Source: an uncultured Chthonomonadaceae bacterium (lineage in GTDB: Bacteria; Armatimonadota; Chthonomonadetes; Chthonomonadales; Chthonomonadaceae). Taken from it: a DNA stretch of 64,000 nt. Every line of letters starts with the position of its first letter. Positions within the stretch are counted from its first letter, which is position 1. Below are positions 61,908-64,000 of this stretch, in pieces. Where the stretch lies: assembly GCA_963817895.1 (NCBI GenBank), contig CAWFQB010000004.1:672001-736000 (forward strand), in the 5' to 3' direction. The notes under the pieces were generated by a model. It was given only the letters and a program-made list of their open reading frames with translations, had not been told where the DNA came from and made no database searches. The position numbers and the translations under genes were made by a program.

Positions 61908-64000
61908 TGCCTAATCCGTCAATGTAAACGCGCAAAGCCCGGTTCGCTTCGTCGGCTTGCGCTTTCAATCGCGCCGCCTCCTGTCGCAGATTTTCCAGTT
62001 TGGTTTCCTGCGTATCCAGTGTCGCCACATAGCGCTTGTACAAAGCGGAGTCTTTGTCCAGCGCGGCCATGTTTTTGCGTATGCGGTCTTGATCGGCGTC
62101 AATGGTCTGTGATTCTGCCGTTCGCGCTGCCGCCTGCGCCTGTAGTTCCTGAACGCGCTGCCGTCGCTTTACGACATCCTCCAAAGTGGCGCGTAGTTTG
62201 GGTGATATGTCCTTGCGCGTGGAATAGTAGGTCAGCGTGTTCAGGTCGCCGTCGAAAATAGCGAATTCCTGCGTCAGAGGCCGCTCCACAACCACTTTCA
62301 GCGTTTGCGATTTTCCGGGTGGAACCGCAACCGCGAACCGGTACAGGGTTGCCGTGCGCTCCGTCGCTTTTTCGGGCGACAGCAGTTTGTACTCGGCGTG
62401 AAACGGATGTTCGATGAGAACCGTTTTCAGTTTGTCCGATTTGGATTTCAGCGTGTATGTGGTTTCTATGTGTTCCCGGCGTGAAACAAGCAGGACACCC
62501 CGCTTTAGATTGAGCGTGGATTCAATCATGTCCGTACTCGGCCCCTGCCGTTCGCCCTCGACGGTTAAATCCACCGCGTAGGTAATCAGTCGGTTATCGC
62601 CGGGGGGAATGTCTTCCATGCGCGCGTCTCCGGCGTAGACGCCCCCATCCAGAAGCGTAACCGGCCCGCCCTTAAGATACAGGGTCGTGGTGTTGTGGAT
62701 ACGAACCGCGTTCATCGGAAATCTTATGCCACTGTCGGCATTGAACAGCAAAGCTCTATCGGCTTCGATTCCTTGCGCGATTACGGGTATCATGGCCGCC
62801 TGCTGTCGGGGAAGCGTGACCGGCGTGTTGATGTTATATTGAAACAACTCGCCCGCTTTTTGTCCCGCCGCCTGCGCTTTCACCGAATCGTAACGCAATA
62901 CGAGCGAGTTGTCTGCGTCCAGCGCGAATATATCCTTTGAGGAGATACCGTCCAAAAAGCCCTGCGCCGCGTTTGACGGGCCGGGTTCTCCCATCGCTCC
63001 GGCATCTCCTCTTGGACCCTGCGGCGCGCGAATTCTTTGCGCCGCGCCGCTACTGCCGGGAAGACCGCCCCGTCCACCTGCCCCGCCGCCTGCCCCGCCA
63101 TTTGCCCCAAAAGCGAGGGCATTCTGTAAATCTCCCTCATGGGTTTGTGGATAGGGCGAGGCCACTATATCCGGGCCGACAACCGGGCGCGGCAGATAAA
63201 GCGGCTGATACAAGTCCTGTATAAATGAAACCGGGCGCCCGGACACGAGCGACAGGCGCACGCTTTGCCAGTCCTCATCAGAAGTGTTTTCCACAACCGC
63301 CCAACCCTGTATGTAGGGTTTGCCATTCGCCTGTTCCTGCCTGCCCTGCGCGTCCGCTTTGGTTCCCAATAGCGGCTTTGGCGGCTTCGGCAGCGTTTTT
63401 AGATTCCCGGCTTTCGGCGGCTGTGCCGGTTTTGGCCCCTCCGCGCCATCCAGCATCAGGCGGTAACTCATTTTCCACAGGGGCGCTTCCGAAACGTAGC
63501 CGACCCGCACTTCGCGCCGCCCGTTGCCCGCGAAATGCAGCATCACCTGTCGTTTGGTATCGTCCGAGTTCGACGCCAGCAGAGTGAGCGCGTCCCGAAA
63601 CTCTTTGTTCAGGCGGGCATCCAGAAACCGCACGGCCTGTTCGCCATCCAGCCGAAGCGATACCAGCCCGCTATCGGTAAACAAGTTCAGGTAGGACGCA
63701 TTGACAGGTTTCGCGTCATCGCCGCCCACCCGCCGCTGCTCCACGCCAATGATCTGCCCCGTAACCGCAGGCTTTCCGAGCGACTGAACGGAAACGGACG
63801 CGCCGTGCAGCCGATTGAGAATGTCTTCCAGCCGAAGCGTACTCGACATATCCACGGCAAACGATTGCAGGGCGCGGCTCACGGAATCGCGAGTGGCATA
63901 CGTGGCGGGCTGCACCTGCCCGGTCGCATCGAGCAGAATCATGGATTTAAGGATGTCGTTGATCTGCGTGGTACGGAACAGCAGCGGCACAGTCGCGTCC
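61897..64000 (-). CDS. DUF4139 domain protein, 5' end outside the window
   Basis: INDILKSM, PLWKMSYRL, GWAVVENTSDEDW..LSLVSGRP, C-terminal coiled coil DQDRIRKNM. Confidence 0.8.
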   Translation of the reverse strand, partial: DATVPLLFRTTQINDILKSMILLDATGQVQPATYATRDSVSRALQSFAVDMSSTLRLEDILNRLHGASVSVQSLGKPAVTGQIIGVEQRRVGGDDAKPVNASYLNLFTDSGLVSLRLDGEQAVRFLDARLNKEFRDALTLLASNSDDTKRQVMLHFAGNGRREVRVGYVSEAPLWKMSYRLMLDGAEGPKPAQPPKAGNLKTLPKPPKPLLGTKADAQGRQEQANGKPYIQGWAVVENTSDEDWQSVRLSLVSGRPVSFIQDLYQPLYLPRPVVGPDIVASPYPQTHEGDLQNALAFGANGGAGGGAGGRGGLPGSSGAAQRIRAPQGPRGDAGAMGEPGPSNAAQGFLDGISSKDIFALDADNSLVLRYDSVKAQAAGQKAGELFQYNINTPVTLPRQQAAMIPVIAQGIEADRALLFNADSGIRFPMNAVRIHNTTTLYLKGGPVTLLDGGVYAGDARMEDIPPGDNRLITYAVDLTVEGERQGPSTDMIESTLNLKRGVLLVSRREHIETTYTLKSKSDKLKTVLIEHPFHAEYKLLSPEKATERTATLYRFAVAVPPGKSQTLKVVVERPLTQEFAIFDGDLNTLTYYSTRKDISPKLRATLEDVVKRRQRVQELQAQAAARTAESQTIDADQDRIRKNMAALDKDSALYKRYVATLDTQETKLENLRQEAARLKAQADEANRALRVYIDGLGTIE

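Overview
GC-rich bacterial chromosomal segment, most likely Armatimonadota (inference from three DUF1559-type prepilin genes with an H-X9-DG motif, a PEP-CTERM gene next to a SARP/NB-ARC/TPR regulator, and DUF4058 paralogues). It holds about 52 protein genes, covering envelope and membrane functions, a MoxR/ABC/coiled-coil operon, housekeeping genes (yebC, pdp, dut, phoB/phoR-like pair), an epimerase plus MurF-Alr peptidoglycan module, a giant CheB-CheR-PAS kinase and a PIN toxin-antitoxin pair. I found no rRNA, tRNA, CRISPR array or transposase gene. At least 13 genes are split by 1-2 bp indels, which looks like uncorrected long-read error rather than biology. The most striking signal is non-coding. 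(i) A 102-bp MITE with GAGCCTATCCCAA ends and TTA duplication wraps a REP-like hairpin unit that also occurs free. (ii) GTAG-type REP doublets are wrapped by a second inverted end (GTACACCGTCAAGGTAG). (iii) About 8 palindromes built from different 7-9 nt tandem units sit at stop codons or inside a gene. Also notable: two divergent DUF4058 genes with near-identical ~57-nt ends, and an 11-bp-period direct repeat in place of a -35 box upstream of the PEP-CTERM gene.
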